DNA of 63,712 nt, filler included, from Octopus bimaculoides (GCF_001194135.2; 6 parts of 6 records of this genome joined end to end with filler, not necessarily neighbours in it), one strand, 5' to 3'. Numbered from the whole stretch's first letter, positions 12,391-26,449 are shown. Notes: generated by a model from the sequence alone, not told the origin. Translations and numbers: made by a program.

Positions 12391-15300
12391 NNNNNNNNNN
12401 NNNNNNNNNNNNNNNNNNNNNNNNNNNNNNNNNNNNNNNNNNNNNNNNNNNNNNNNNNNNNNNNNNNNNNNNNNNNNNNNNNNNNNNNNNNNNNNNNNNN
12501 NNNNNNNNNNNNNNNNNNNNNNNNNNNNNNNNNNNNNNNNNNNNNNNNNNNNNNNNNNNNNNNNNNNNNNNNNNNNNNNNNNNNNNNNNNNNNNNNNNNN
12601 NNNNNNNNNNNNNNNNNNNNNNNNNNNNNNNNNNNNNNNNNNNNNNNNNNNNNNNNNNNNNNNNNNNNNNNNNNNNNNNNNNNNNNNNNNNNNNNNNNNN
12701 NNNNNNNNNNNNNNNNNNNNNNNNNNNNNNNNNNNNNNNNNNNNNNNNNNNNNNNNNNNNNNNNNNNNNNNNNNNNNNNNNNNNNNNNNNNNNNNNNNNN
12801 NNNNNNNNNNNNNNNNNNNNNNNNNNNNNNNNNNNNNNNNNNNNNNNNNNNNNNNNNNNNNNNNNNNNNNNNNNNNNNNNNNNNNNNNNNNNNNNNNNNN
12901 NNNNNNNNNNNNNNNNNNNNNNNNNNNNNNNNNNNNNNNNNNNNNNNNNNNNNNNNNNNNNNNNNNNNNNNNTTTAATTATTTTCCATACTCTTAGATAT
13001 CTTTGCAAAGTGGGAAGCTGTGCACGTTCCAATTTTAGAATGTGTCTTTTTACATTTGAAATCACTGTTGTGTTTAAACCAATTTATGCTTTATTCGGGT
13101 AGTTAGTGTTTTGTAGCAAGTTTCACGATGTATTTCTGTTTGAAGTTAATACACACTTCTTGCTAAGGGATGGCTATAGCAGGGGACTCAAATTTTTAAA
13201 CTTTCTCTGCTAAATAAGGCATTAGATGTATGCCTACTAATATTATTTGTATCGTACTTTATACTCGTGAATGTATGGTTACTGATGGTTATATAAGGTG
13301 TTACTCTGTTAAGTTTTAGTTTGGGGCAATTTTGCTGATGATTATATTTAATGTTATATGTAACTAATTCAGCATTTTCAGGTTTGTATTTATTGTGGTT
13401 TTAGTGTATTCATTGAAACTAATAGTTTATGTCTTTCTAAGCTTGCCACTCTGATGTCCATTCATGCCATGGGATGTTTGTGACATAAGTGTAATCTTAT
13501 ATTGGAAGTTTCATCATGTTATTCAAGGTGCACAGTATGTGCAGTGCAATTAAATCTGATGTTTCAATTCTGTCATAGATTCCTACTGCTTTATAGAAAA
13601 ATATTCATAATTCTTAACCAAGAATACACAGTCATAAAATAATAATAACTTTCTTGCATTCTTTAATATATACATTTCAGTTTTGGTTATACTAGTGTTT
13701 ATTTTCTCAGCACTCTAATACTTCCAGGAGAATGATTTTAAGATTAGATACTTAAAATTTGAACTAGTTCAACTTATTTTTGATTTAAATAAACCCCTTA
13801 ATTGGAATATTGCTGTGGTCCCATCATGTTAAGTTTGTTGCTTGTTTCGTTTTTATATAAATTTTCTGTTGATAGCAATTTTTCGTTGAGTTGATAATGT
13901 CTATAATGTGATATAGCTATGCAATTTCAATTAGAGTACTTTAATGTTATCTAGAACTTGCATATTTAAGGTATTCTACTCAATTTTCTGGATTTATATG
14001 TGTAACTAAAGTTTTGTATCTTATCCTGTATGATGCTGTTAACATTTGGGTTTATTTTCATGTTATTGTCTCCAATTCACTTAATGTCTTAAATGTTTAC
14101 TTAAATGTCTCAGGAGTAATAAATGCTAATTTACTCTTTTTTCTAAGCTTTTAGTATTGAATTTGAAAAGGGCCTTTTTTAAAATTATTTTGAAAGCAAA
14201 TTTATTTCTGTAGATATGTTGTGTATGCGTTTATCATTGGAGTATCTCTTCTATTTCACACAATCGATTACATTTTTGATTTTATCGAGTGAAACTGTAT
14301 AATAGGTTTTACTAATGGGGATATTTTCTAATAATTGGATGACATTTTTTTCCAATTATTTAGCTTTGTACTCATGATTCATTTATTGTACTCCACTTGT
14401 TGGGGTTATTTCATAAGGTGTTCTGATAATAGGCCAGAAAAGTGCTATATTCATGTGGTAAACTCTGTCAAATGTACAGTAAATCATGAAGCATTGTGCA
14501 TCACTACCCAGAGATTCCAAACTTCTTGATCCTTTAAATGATAACATTTTATTTTAAAATAAAAAGAATCTAAAATATCTATGGTAGTTCCATGATGCAA
14601 TGATTTCATTGAGGAAGCTAGGCCATGTGTATCCTGTAGGAAAGGTTTTGGTTAAGCACAATAAATCATACTGAAAACATTATTTGTCATGATAAATAAC
14701 TCTGTTCATCCTCTTATTAAAATGTTCCATTTTCGAGTCATTCCTTAACGACTTAACACTTGGAGATATCAATTTTTGCTATCTAAGCAGTGAATGTGAA
14801 TTTAATCAGTTTGCAATTCAACTATGACTGGTACAGAAATTTGTATGAAATATTAAATTTTGAATAATTTGAACCAGAAGAAAATGAAAGATTTTTTCTT
14901 TCATGTTCAGGCTCTTGGCTAGTATAGTTTTTGTGAGCTTCTCCATTGCACAGAAATTGCTGCTGCTGCTATCCTAATTTTGTGGTTTTGTCTTTACAGC
15001 CAATTGTATTGAGTGCTTGTGTTCTTCTTTATTTTTGGAGATATTTTGATAATAAGTTCTATTGCTTTTGTTCATTGCCTGAAAGAATGTTTTTGCTCAG
15101 AATATGTTTTCCATGTTTTCCAAGTTTATAAAGTTGATAGAGTATTAATAGAAGCTTCAAGGTACTCACTTGTCAAACTAAGCAGTATATTCTTTGAGGA
15201 TTTTATGTCTATATTATAAAATTGAATATGTTTGATGCTCCATTCAGGTTTACAATATAGACAAATTTGACTTCTAAAGCACTTTGATTCATTGAGGAAA

Positions 15301-16941
15301 AAATACCAGTAGAAATATTTTGTAAAATCGTTTTTAAAATAGAGTGTTTTACATGTGTATAGATATGTGTGTGTGTGTGTGTGTATCTGCATATGTGTAT
15401 TTGCATGTGTGTATGTGTGTGTGTGTATCTATATGTGTGCATGTGCATGTGTGTTTGTGTGTGTGTTTATGTATACATATATGTGAATGTGTGCTAGCAG
15501 TTTATGTGCATACACCTGGGTATACACATGTTAGTATGTGAATGTCTTGGAACACACACACATGCACACATGAACTTAGGGCAGTCATAAAAAAAACAAA
15601 CTGCATTCTTGTTTCATGATTACTATTCTGGAAAAGAATCACAATACCACCCAATCATTCCATATTCTTGGAAATTCACCAAGAAGTTTAGATATGAAGG
15701 TTTCAACTATGATGAAGTCTCATTCAATGCAATATTTGATATATACACTAATTCACTAGCATAGATATAGGTAAGAGGAAATATGAGAAACAAACTTCCA
15801 TATTATTCAAAATCAATACTCTGATTAGAAAAAGCCACCTCCACATTGTAAAATTTCTATTTTCCCTGCATAAATATTGATAAAACAACAACCTAAATTC
15901 ATTTAAAGAAAGCTTTTCAACATGAGCAAACTTCACTGACACACTGTTATTAATAATTCTTTCTGCTATAGGTACATGTCTAAAGTTTTGGAAGATGGAG
16001 CCAGTCGATTATAATGACTCCAGTGCTTGACTGGTACTTATTTTATCAACCTGATAATGATGAAGGGCAAAGTCAATTTCCGTGGACTTTGAACTCAGAA
16101 TGTAGCAAGTTGGAAGGAATGACATTAAGCATTTTGCCCTACATGCTAATGAGTCTGCCAGCTCACGGCCTTCGTTCATGCATAATAATAAACCACAATG
16201 AATAATTCAAATGCCCAGAATGTACAAATATTAGCACCCTAAAATGCAATTATCATTCTCAAAGTGCTTGCCCAGTTGATGTCAACTTTCCAAAAAATAT
16301 GTTATCCGTGGATTTGCTGTGAAACTTAATGTTAATAGAATGCATTAGATTACACCAAATTAATAAATTATTTAAAAATTAGCTATCAACATAATTATAC
16401 ATTTCAAACATTACAGAGATGATTCGATGGTAGGTTAGTGACATACTTTTAAATTAAACAATATCTTCTACACCATCTGACATATTCTGTAGTTACGTAT
16501 TCATGAAAAACGTTTTATTTCTAAACACAATATTTAAATGTTGAATACGCACACTGAACTACTTTCTACATGCCTGACAACGAGGAAATAACTTCTTAGA
16601 TATCATGATCATATGCCACCATGTTTATCCTAATTTGCCTATAGCACAAAACATTGTTTTCTTTTCCATAACATTTAATATGCTTGTTTACATAAATGCC
16701 TTTGAAATTTTAAAACAAATTTACACATTATCTATCATTAGATGGCTTAAATACATAAGCAGACGTAGGCACACACACACTTGAATATATGTCTTCATTG
16801 ACTGCATTATATGCATTAACACAGCTGCTAATGATAACAATCATTCAAAATATAACCACTGAATTATCACCAACATTTTAAAAATAAATTATACAATCTT
16901 TAAAGAAAATAGGGAAAAACATAGAAAATAGCACATATCAC

Positions 16942-17029
16942 CTGTTGAGTGATATGAGTTTGTAATGTGAAAGTGTATTTTGAGAAGAAGAGGATGTGTT
17001 CACATCGTCGGCATCCATCATAACTAAGG
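16942..17029 (-). CDS. Candidate internal exon (88 nt) of an unidentified host gene
   Basis: Acceptor atttttatttgaaag| and donor CAG|gtgata. Two frames are open (LSYDGCRRCEHILFFSKYTFTLQTHITQQ, or LVMMDADDVNTSSSSQNTLSHYKLISLN). Confidence 0.35.
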
Positions 17030-17517
17030 CTTTCAAATAAAAATAGTTGATTTATGTCCATTATACATATCTTGCATATTTTGATTTAAGTTGCCATCTA
17101 ACATTCAGACACATGTGTACATATACATATGCATGTGTGTGTGTGTGTGTGTGTGTGTGAAGTTATGTATTCATGTGTGTGTGTGTACGCACACATGTAT
17201 ATACATAAACACATACACATACATGTGCACATATACAGACACACACACACACATATATGGGAGTATATCTATGTTGACAAAAAATTTTAACAATTTATTT
17301 CTGTGCTGTTATGGAAAATAGGACATGTGTTTTACTGTTGATTTTTCCTATGGCGTTCGCACTTTTTAACCTGAAAAGTCATGCCATGATTATGGCAGGC
17401 ATTGCCAACTTGCTGAGAAAAAGTCAACTGCAATAACTTTCAACCAATGTTTTCCTATGTTTACCTTTTACTTTTTGTTCAAACTATATTTTCAAGCTTA
17501 GGTTCTTTCCTCACCAG

Positions 17518-17519
17518 TA

Positions 17520-17589
<70 letters not shown>
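17518..17589. repeat. (TA)n microsatellite
   Basis: Direct reading. Confidence 0.95.
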
Positions 17590-17591
<2 letters not shown>

Positions 17592-18930
17592 GTTGTTTAG
17601 TAAGAATTGACTTCCTTTTTGTATTGGTTTATGGTGGAAATGAATCAATAAATTTTACTTATTATTTGTCGGTTTGTACACATACATATGCATGTGTGGT
17701 TGTGAGAAAAAAAAGACTTTGTATATATATATGTGTGTGTGTGTATGTATAAATATATCTATATATAAGATATATATATGTAATATGTGTATGTATAAAT
17801 ATACATAAATACATATATAATATATATACATATACATACATATATATACATATATATAATATACATATATATAATATCTACACACACACACACACATACG
17901 TATATATATATGCACACACACACATGCTCACACACAATCACACATGTGCACACACATGCATACACACATACATGTAGGAAAAACATTTTGTAAGGATCTA
18001 CAAAGAAAAATAAAGAAGTCAAGACTAGAATTAGAGTGTTATAGTAATTTAATACTGGCTGAAAAGAATTAGTATTACAATGGTGTAATGGAATTATTAA
18101 ATTGTAAATGAATGAACCTCATGTATAGCTGTGCATATTTAGGATTGAGGAGGATTGGAGAAAGTGGGCAATAGAAAGGTATAGAAGGTTAAACAAAGTA
18201 AATTAGGTCTGAAATAAAGAAAATGAAAGAGTGTATTAACAGTGAAAATGCAGATTATTAAAAAATGTTATTGATATATAAATATTAATTTCACAATAGT
18301 TCTTGACACACTGAATAAAATTTAATTAAACTATATAAATAGTGAAACATTTAATTATAACGGAAACAATATGATCTATGTTTATAGTTATTAAAACACA
18401 TAATATGCAAGACTGAATATATTGTAAGGTTTGATTTAATAATCAACTATTTTCTTAATGAAGTACTGTTTTTGTGTTTGTTCATTTGCTTCTCATGATA
18501 TACTCTGAGTATGAATTCAGTTTCAAATATATTTTCATCCATTTGTTACACTTGTACTCTTGCTTTTGTTTCATTTATGAAAAAAAAAAAAAAAAAATTA
18601 ACTCTTTGCAACTATAAATTAGATATGTTTGATTATAACATTTTCAACATTTTTACTGATGATCACGTATGTAGCACATGAAACTTTTCGATCTCAGAAT
18701 CTGGAATTTCATATGGATATTTAATTTAATAACTGTACATGTAAATTATATTGTTTCAATATATTTAAAAGTTCATCTTCGTCAAGTGACTGCGACTGAG
18801 ATACGTTTCATATATCACAATACTATATAAACATTGTCTGTGTACCATTATGTTTGGTAGACAATAAAGTATATCAATAATACCAACGTAGTCAACTGGT
18901 TTCTGTTTTGTTTTAAGGTGAGTTTGTTAC

Positions 18931-18966
18931 TCGGTATGATAGCAGTGGCCAGTAGTAAAGTCAAAC
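18931..18966 (-). CDS. Candidate 36-nt exon
   Basis: caatgcag| ... |gtaaca. Phase-compatible with the candidate exons at 19731-19822 and 16942-17029. Confidence 0.2.
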
Positions 18967-19696
18967 CTGCATTGAGCACTAGTAATAAAGACAAGTCATA
19001 TTTTGACTAAAACACTTTATTATATCCATTGAGTATCTAATTACTCACAAAATATTTAAAAGGAGCATTCTTAAAAATCCTTATTTAGACTCTAAAAACA
19101 ATTTGCTAACCAAAAAAATCTTTAGCGTTTCCACAGCATAATAAAATGATGTTTTGTTCAAAATTGAATATAATTAAGAAAAAATCATTGACATCAAAAA
19201 CAACAACAGCAACCAAAATAAGAAGCAAAATCTAACTATGTTACTGTCTTCTTTAATATGTTTATAAAAATTGTAACAGTGCACCACTTCTTAAATTATT
19301 CCCCAAACATTTTCACAGACTATAAACTCTATAAATGCAATAGGATCTTAATGCAAACAATAAAAAGCACATAATTAAGCTCTCATAATTGCCATTTTTA
19401 ACTTGTGTGAACTTAACACACCTACATCCATTCCCATTACACCTGTAATAATCCTTTCTACTAAAGACACAAGACCTGAAATTTAAGTGAGAGATAAGTT
19501 GATTACATTGACTCTAGTGCTTAACTGGTTATTTTATCAACCTCTGAAAGAATGAAAGGCAAATTTAAACTCTGAACATAGAGCCAGAAAAAATTCTTCT
19601 AAGCATCTTGTCCAGGATGATAATGGTTCTGTCAGCTCACCACCTTAGATACAAATCTCTTTCTCCTCTTCCTTAACAGGGGTGAACAGGAGTGAC

Positions 19697-19822
19697 CTTA
19701 ACATGTGATGCCCCTGTCTTTGAAAAATACATCATGCCTCTCCCATTTGCTAGCTGTAGAAGGTAGCTTCTTTTCAAAACAATGTCTGAAAAATTTTCAC
19801 CAACTTTGAATTCTCTCCACTT
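19697..19822 (-). CDS. Candidate internal exon of an unidentified host gene
   Basis: Strong acceptor tgtctcttacccttttgacag|. Only the phase-0 frame is open: KWREFKVGENFSDIVLKRSYLLQLANGRGMMYFSKTGASHVK. The donor is ambiguous (19731 or 19697). Confidence 0.4.
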
Positions 19823-19922
19823 CTGTCAAAAGGGTAAGAGACATAAAAGCTCATCAACCCTTTAATGTTCAGCAGAACATGTCATATAACAAAATTTAAA
19901 CAACTGACAAATTTTGCATATA

Positions 19923-19970
<48 letters not shown>

Positions 19971-20015
19971 AAGATGACCAAACTTACAAGTGATGCAATG
20001 TTCGTCTAGCCAATA

Positions 20016-20083
20016 TGAATAATAATAATAATGATGATGATGATGATCATAATAACAACAATAACAATAATAATAATAATAAT

Positions 20084-20171
<88 letters not shown>
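20016..20171. repeat. Compound (AAT)/(GAT)/(AAC) microsatellite
   Basis: Direct reading. Confidence 0.95.
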
Positions 20172-20172
<1 letters not shown>

Positions 20173-23146
20173 TTCGCTGAAATTATGGCAAAAGACCAGC
20201 AATGTTGTGTGAAAGAGGGCAATTCAATTACAACAACCCCAGTACATGATAAGTACTGCATTTTATTATCCCTGGGTAGGTGGGGTGATAAAATCAAAGT
20301 TGATCTCAGCATAACTTGGGATCTTGATGATGATGATGACGTTGATGGAGATTGGCTACATGAAATTTAGAGTTACAGTGCAAAAAGTTTTTAAAAAATA
20401 CACATTCTGCCACATCTGTGGAGTCTCATTTCGTTCATTTGTAAACAAATGTTCACCGATGCACATATGCATGCACTGGCTTGCATGCGCACACACACAA
20501 ACACACACACACATTGTGTATGTATATGAACGTGCATGTACATGTGTCTTTATGTGTGTATGGATAAGGAAATGGAAATACAAAATAGCTTGATAGATAG
20601 ATAGACATTATATGAAATATTTGCAAAGAAAAGGAGACCAAAACCCCTCCAATTTACGAAATTCCCTTGATCTTCTCAAACAAATAAAATAAAGAACTTA
20701 TAACTAGTAGGAAATTAAATGGAATTGCTTATATTACTTCTGCTTTCTCTGAAGTTTCTCAGAGAAAAAAAGAGACAAGAAAACAACATTGGGAAGAATT
20801 TATCACTCAGTACTAAGAAATGAAGCACTCAAACATGGTATTAATCATTCTCACCCACGCCTTTGTTCCTTTTTTTCTCCCCCCCCCCCNNNNNNNNNNN
20901 NNNNNNNNNNNNNNNNNNNNNNTTCTTTGATTTTTTTTTTCAAAAAATATTATTATCATTTATTTTTGTTACATTTCAAGCTTGATCAATATAATGAAAG
21001 GCAGTCATTATGTTACTTGTTTTGAAAGAGAAAAATAAATTAAACGCTCACTCACACACATATGCACGCATGCACACCCCCACATGCATCCATATGCAAA
21101 CACACGCAAACACACGCAAACACATGCTGTGCAAGCACATAAAAAAAAAATGTAGAGAGAAATAACGAAGAAGATAGTGAGAGGTGGGTGGCTGGAGGGA
21201 AACTGATACATAAAATGAAAAATAAAATGTTACAATAAATCTCAATGAAAAATAACTTTTGACAATGACTTGTCTTGATAAGAAGAAACTGTGTTTCTTC
21301 TGTTAGTGGCTTCAATATAAACATAAGAGCTAACATACAAATCGGTTTTAAGATATATGTTTATAAGAACATTTCCTCGTTCCTAAATTGTTTATTAGGA
21401 TTAACCAATCAAATGTATCCTTTGATAATAAAGGGGTGAAAAAGTAAAAATCCAAATTAAAAAAAAAAATAGTTAAAGGAAAGAAAAATGTTTCTGTCAT
21501 GTTTAATACGTTTTGATGAGATTTTCCTGAGATTTCTCAACATTTTGGTGCACAAGAAGATTTAATTAAGCAGATTGGTTATTGGTTTTGGCAGAAGCGC
21601 TAGAGTGTCGGACAAAAGCAAAAATAAATAAAGACATACATAAATAAAATAAAATAAGATAAAAACAAGAAAATTATAATAGTTGAGGTATTTGGTTACG
21701 TAACTTTATAGGGAGATGAAACTAAATACAGCAAGTTCTTTAGTTTATATTGTTTATACAATAAGTCAGTTAATAAAACCAGCACAAAATTGAACTAAGT
21801 CTATAACAGATCAAAACTAAGCACCAAATCTGATATTTTTTTGAATATCCTCAACAAGATTTTCACTTAGTATATATCATTTCCAAACCAGAACACACGG
21901 GATTTAATGACTCTGGCAAGACTAGAGGTGAGAATAGAGCTAAATAGTGCCACCGCAATTTTTACCAGCATCACCATCATCATTATTTTACATCTTCTTT
22001 CAATGCTGACATTAGTTAGATGGGTGGTCCTGACTGGAATTAGCATGTATTCAGTTGTGGGGTATGTAATACTCCCCTAAATGCATCAGAAGAATGCATC
22101 TCTCTGGTGTGCTTTCCTTTTGGCTTGACTTCTGTAGCAAAGGTAAAGTGTCCTCACAGCCTTATGCTTTACAGAGGGAAGTGTGTGTGTACCTGCTCTA
22201 GAGAAGCAGTTGTGTCCTTGAAATGACAAAGGAAACCTTATGGACCATGTCTCAGTTCATTCCCCAACTCCTTTATAGAGTGAGAGACATGACTGGCAGA
22301 GGGTTTGAAAGGCAGAGGTGTAAATGGTGGTGATAAGACAGACGTGTGATAGGGTTATAAGTGATTGGGGTGTCCAGCATTTTGAGACAAATACATATAT
22401 TCAAAGCGAAGTGACTGAGATATTGTTAGGTATTCAATAGCATCAGCTAGATTTGAAATACAAACGTAGCAGATCAAATGTAAATACTCTAAAGTGCTTA
22501 GCAACTCCTGTAAGATTTGAACTAGGAATTTGGTTACTTAAAACTAAATATAGCATGTTTAACAATCCATGTAAGATTCACACTAACAATATAGCTGGTC
22601 ATAATTAAGTACCATATAGTGTTAAATACCCTCATTAATTTTAATTGAGAATATAAGAAATCAAAATTAAAGAGCAGTCTAGAATTCTTGTGATTACTTA
22701 ATCAAACTGGAGTGATTACAAGCCTCTGAAATAAATACTTAGTTTATTAGCTGATACAGTTATGAGTGCTCTCATGGAAAGATTTGTCATTACAGGAAGC
22801 AAACTAGAAGAGACAGGGTTCCTTCTTCATCAAAGTTTTTCTTGTAGCAGTAGTTCAATGGTGTACTGTAAAATGATGAAACAATTATAAATCATAAAGT
22901 GTTGAAGTATCAATTGTTTGTTGCTAGTTGGACTGTGATATTTACTACTTATGATAAAATTTGGCTATGGATATACATGAAGTGTAATCCTGAATTCTGA
23001 TTACCCATTAAGAATCACATATGTGTCAGCTTGCAATTAACACACTTGTAACTTCCATGCATGCATTTATGTATGTGTATATCTGTTGGTCAATCTGTCT
23101 GTTTATCTATCTATGTTGCTGCACATGTGTGTGTGTGTGTGTGTGT

Positions 23147-23375
23147 AGGTGCAGGAGTGACTTTATGAATAGGCACAGGAATGGTTGTGTGCAAAGGTGC
23201 AGGAGTGGCTGTGTGATAAGAAGCTTCTCAACCACATGCTTCTGAGTTCAGTCCCACTGTGTGGCACCTTAGACAAGTGTCTTCTGCTATAGCAACGGGC
23301 TGACCAAAGCCTTATGAGTGGATTTGGTAGGCAGAAATTGAAAGAAGCCAATCATGTATATATATATATGTATAT
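23147..23375 (+). mobile_element. tRNA-headed SINE (family B) with a triplicated 24-nt 5' end, running into (TA)n and the segment end
   Basis: A-box-like TGGCTGTGTGAT and B-box-like GAGTTCAGTCC. The body ggcaccttagacaagtgtcttct..gaccaaagccttatgagtggatttggtag is shared with 23912, 24318, 42845 and 43770. Confidence 0.8.
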
Positions 23376-23475
23376 NNNNNNNNNNNNNNNNNNNNNNNNN
23401 NNNNNNNNNNNNNNNNNNNTTAATTAATTAANNNNNNNNNNNNNNNNNNNNNNNNNNNNNNNNNNNNNNNNNNNN
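23376..23475. other. Artificial scaffold spacer (2 of 5)
   Basis: 44N + TTAATTAATTAA (23420-23431) + 44N. Confidence 0.95.
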
Positions 23476-23911
23476 TGGTGGTGGTGGTGCTGGTGGTGCT
23501 GGTGGTGCTGGTGGTGCTGGTGGTGGTAATAACATTCATGTAAAGTACGTGTAGCAAAAGTTTAGGCTGCAGTTCGATGTGGTTTCTATTGTTGCGACGG
23601 TGTTAGAGGTTTGGTCTCAAGTCAACTCAGTTCGAGTAGTGCTATTACCAAATGCATTCCAAACGTGACTGTCCTGACATTTTAGGTATATATGCCACTA
23701 TATGTACAACCAAATTCTCCTGTATAGGATAGACTATATACTATGCTGATGAGGTTTATTAGGCTGAAACATGTCTCCCCCACCCAAGGCTTTTTTCCCC
23801 AAAACCATGTAACTCTACTTGCAGAGTTTTAAATATGTTTTATCTTTTACTTATTGCAGTCATAGGATTGCAGCCATGCTGGGGCACCGCCTTCTCAGTA
23901 CTAATTTAAGT

Positions 23912-24307
23912 CTAAGAAGCTTGCTTCCCAACCACATGGTTCTAGATTCAATTCTACTACGTGGAACTCTGGGCAAGTGACTTTACTCAGACTGACCAAA
24001 GCCTTGTGAGTAGATTTGGTGGATGGAAACTGAAAGAAGCCCGACGTATATGTATATGTATATATGCGTGTGTGCGTATGTGAGGGTGTGAGTGAGTATC
24101 TGTGTATGTGTGCCTTTGTGTTTGTTTCCCACCGCTTGTGCTGGCGTATTTATGCCCCCGTAACTCATCGGTTCGGCAAAAGAGAATGATAGAATAAGTA
24201 TCAGGCCTTAAAAAACTGATCCTGGGGGTCAATTTCTCCGACTAAAACCCTTCAAGGCGATGCCCACCGCATGGCCGCAGTCAAATGACTGAAACAAGTA
24301 AAAGATA
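23912..24307 (+). mobile_element. Composite SINE family B: tRNA head, internal (TA)/(TG) tract, conserved tail ending gactgaaacaagtaaaaga
   Basis: Same architecture as 43545-43922 (minus). A second, opposite-orientation head follows at 24318-24465. Confidence 0.8.
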
Positions 24308-24749
24308 TATATGTATAAGACAGGCTTCCTTCAGTTCCGTCTGGCAAAACCACTCACAAGACTTTGACCTGCTATAGTAGAAGACACATGCACAAAGCAC
24401 CACGCAATGGTACTGAACCTGGAATCACGTAATTGGGTAGCAAACATCTTACCACAATACCATGTCTCCTAATCTTGCAAAAATTATCTCCCCTTTTCTT
24501 TGAAAATTATTAATATTTGTCAGTAGAATTTTGATTAGTTTCTTCAACTAAGAGGAAAATTTCAATAAATTAAGATTTTTTAAAATTAGTTTAGAATTTT
24601 TATGGTATTCTGTTCATTACCCTTTAATTACATTCTCTGGTGTTTCCAAGCTACGCTGAAGGAAGTACTATAATGATCTAAAGCTGTTGTTTTTGTTTTG
24701 CCCAGAGTTGGCCTTGATCCAGCTAGCCTATGATCAATTATTATTATCA

Positions 24750-25035
24750 TTGAATGAGAGAACAGTGCATGCCATCAGAGTGACACTGGAGTAAAATACA
24801 CGAAGCCCAGTACACCCATCATGACTAACCGTCTGATAAGGGTACACCAAGCACATGCATTACAACCGTATGTGCGCGATATAGTGATCTCATATCAAGA
24901 TAAACTGCGCATCACCTTGCAGGTGGGGACCCAGTTAGAATTTTCTTCAGGTCAAAAGGTCCTTGAATAAGGGTTGTTTAAGGATGTTGAACGAAATACT
25001 CGTGCTTCCAAAGTTGAATTATTCAAACCCACAAA
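24750..25035 (-). mobile_element. TAA-associated ~550-bp family, partial copy 2
   Basis: Reverse complement of 4540-4824. Confidence 0.8.
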
Positions 25036-25222
25036 CAATTATTACACCCCCAAAAAGTGGGGTACAATTACGCAAAATGCTAGCACCACGATCCAGACAA
25101 TGTAAGCAAAATACTTGTTAAATAAAAATTTTGAATAAACGGGCTGCAACCAATCGAAATTCTTGATTAAACACTTACAAATTACGGAGGTCCAACATGT
25201 ATGATTTCTCATGCTGACGGCC

Positions 25223-25284
<62 letters not shown>

Positions 25285-25343
25285 TCTTTCTACTATACTT
25301 ATCTGCTGACCCAACAAATACTCTATCAAGATACGATCTGGAG
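25285..25343 (-). mobile_element. Inverted APE-endonuclease fragment fused to a Tx1-like RT fragment
   Basis: Minus strand reads SRSYLDRVFVGSADK, resembling the APE S.LDR motif. It is bounded on the left by (AAT)n. Confidence 0.5.
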
Positions 25344-25975
25344 CAATTGAGGGACATCCCTTTCGAACTGGGACTCGGGAGAACAGTATCTGCATACGCG
25401 GACGATGTCACCGTTATGGTGTCGGACGCCTCCGAAGTGGAGACCGTTGGCTCCATTCTAGAAGAATATGAGTCGGTTGCAGGGGCTAAAATCAATGCCG
25501 TCAAGATGGTGGGCTTGCAACTGGACACCTGGAGAGGCAGGTCGATGCCGTCAGACGGCGTCATCGGACGCTAGACTAACTGACCAGTTAAACTGCTCGG
25601 GGTCTGGTTTGGTCCCGACCTCCAGGTGGATAATAACTGAGACGAGGTGACGAACAGGGTGGCCAGTCTTACCCAGAAATGGGCTGAGAGGAAGCTGTCC
25701 TTGAAAGGTCGGGTAGAGATGGTGAATGCCTACATCACCTCCGTTATCATTTATCGTCTGACCGTCGTGCCTTGCCCCAGTTATTGTTTGATCAATTTGG
25801 AGCGTCTATTGTTCATGTTCTTGTGGAAAGGACGCGTTCCAATGGTCGGGCGGTCAATCTGCTGTCAGCTCTCTCTGAGTGGTGGCTTAGGCATGCCGTG
25901 GCTTTTGATGCGCAGACATGTACTCAGGCTGCACCACCTGAAACGATTTCTAGAAGGTGATGCGTGTGAGCTCCG
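25338..25975 (+). mobile_element. L1/Tx1-like LINE reverse transcriptase fragment
   Basis: LEQLRDIPFELG..VSAYADDVTV..GAKINAVK..VKLLGVWFG..WAERKLSLKGRV..FLWKG..GGLGMP. Three internal stops. Confidence 0.9.
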
Positions 25976-26443
25976 TTTGTGAGACAACGCCTTTGCAATC
26001 ATGTCCATAAAGCGCAGCTGTTCACGTTATTTTGTCTGGGGTGTATAACTAGTTACTGCATCCACCCCCTATCTTCTGGTGATTAATTCACCCCGCTTCC
26101 TCTTTTCTATTCTTTTTTTTTTTTGTTTCCTTAGTGAGATATTTCTAGGTTTTGGGGTAGTCAATAATTTAATCTTTTATACTTTTAATGTTTTTCTTTC
26201 TTTTCTTCTTGTAAAAAAATCACATGATCGTGTGACCGACACATCACTGATCACAATGCGCTTTGCATTGTTTTGGCCTTCGAATGACGAGCGAGGCCAA
26301 CATTCCCCACGCCTTGATCGAAAGGGGGACTGGAACAACGGGAAATGAAGCGTTTTGCTCAAGAATACAATGTGCCTTCACACAGAACCAGCCTTGTCCT
26401 GTAAAAATATGTTGCTATGCACAGTAACTGAAATGGTAGTAAT

Positions 26444-26449
<6 letters not shown>

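Noticed and set aside
13000-15960. Possible coding exons in the T-rich unique region (e.g. minus acceptor near 14635, plus frame near 15610-15765)
   Set aside because: The open frames are short (about 50 codons or less), unrecognisable, and lack consistent donor sites. The region is more likely intron or UTR.
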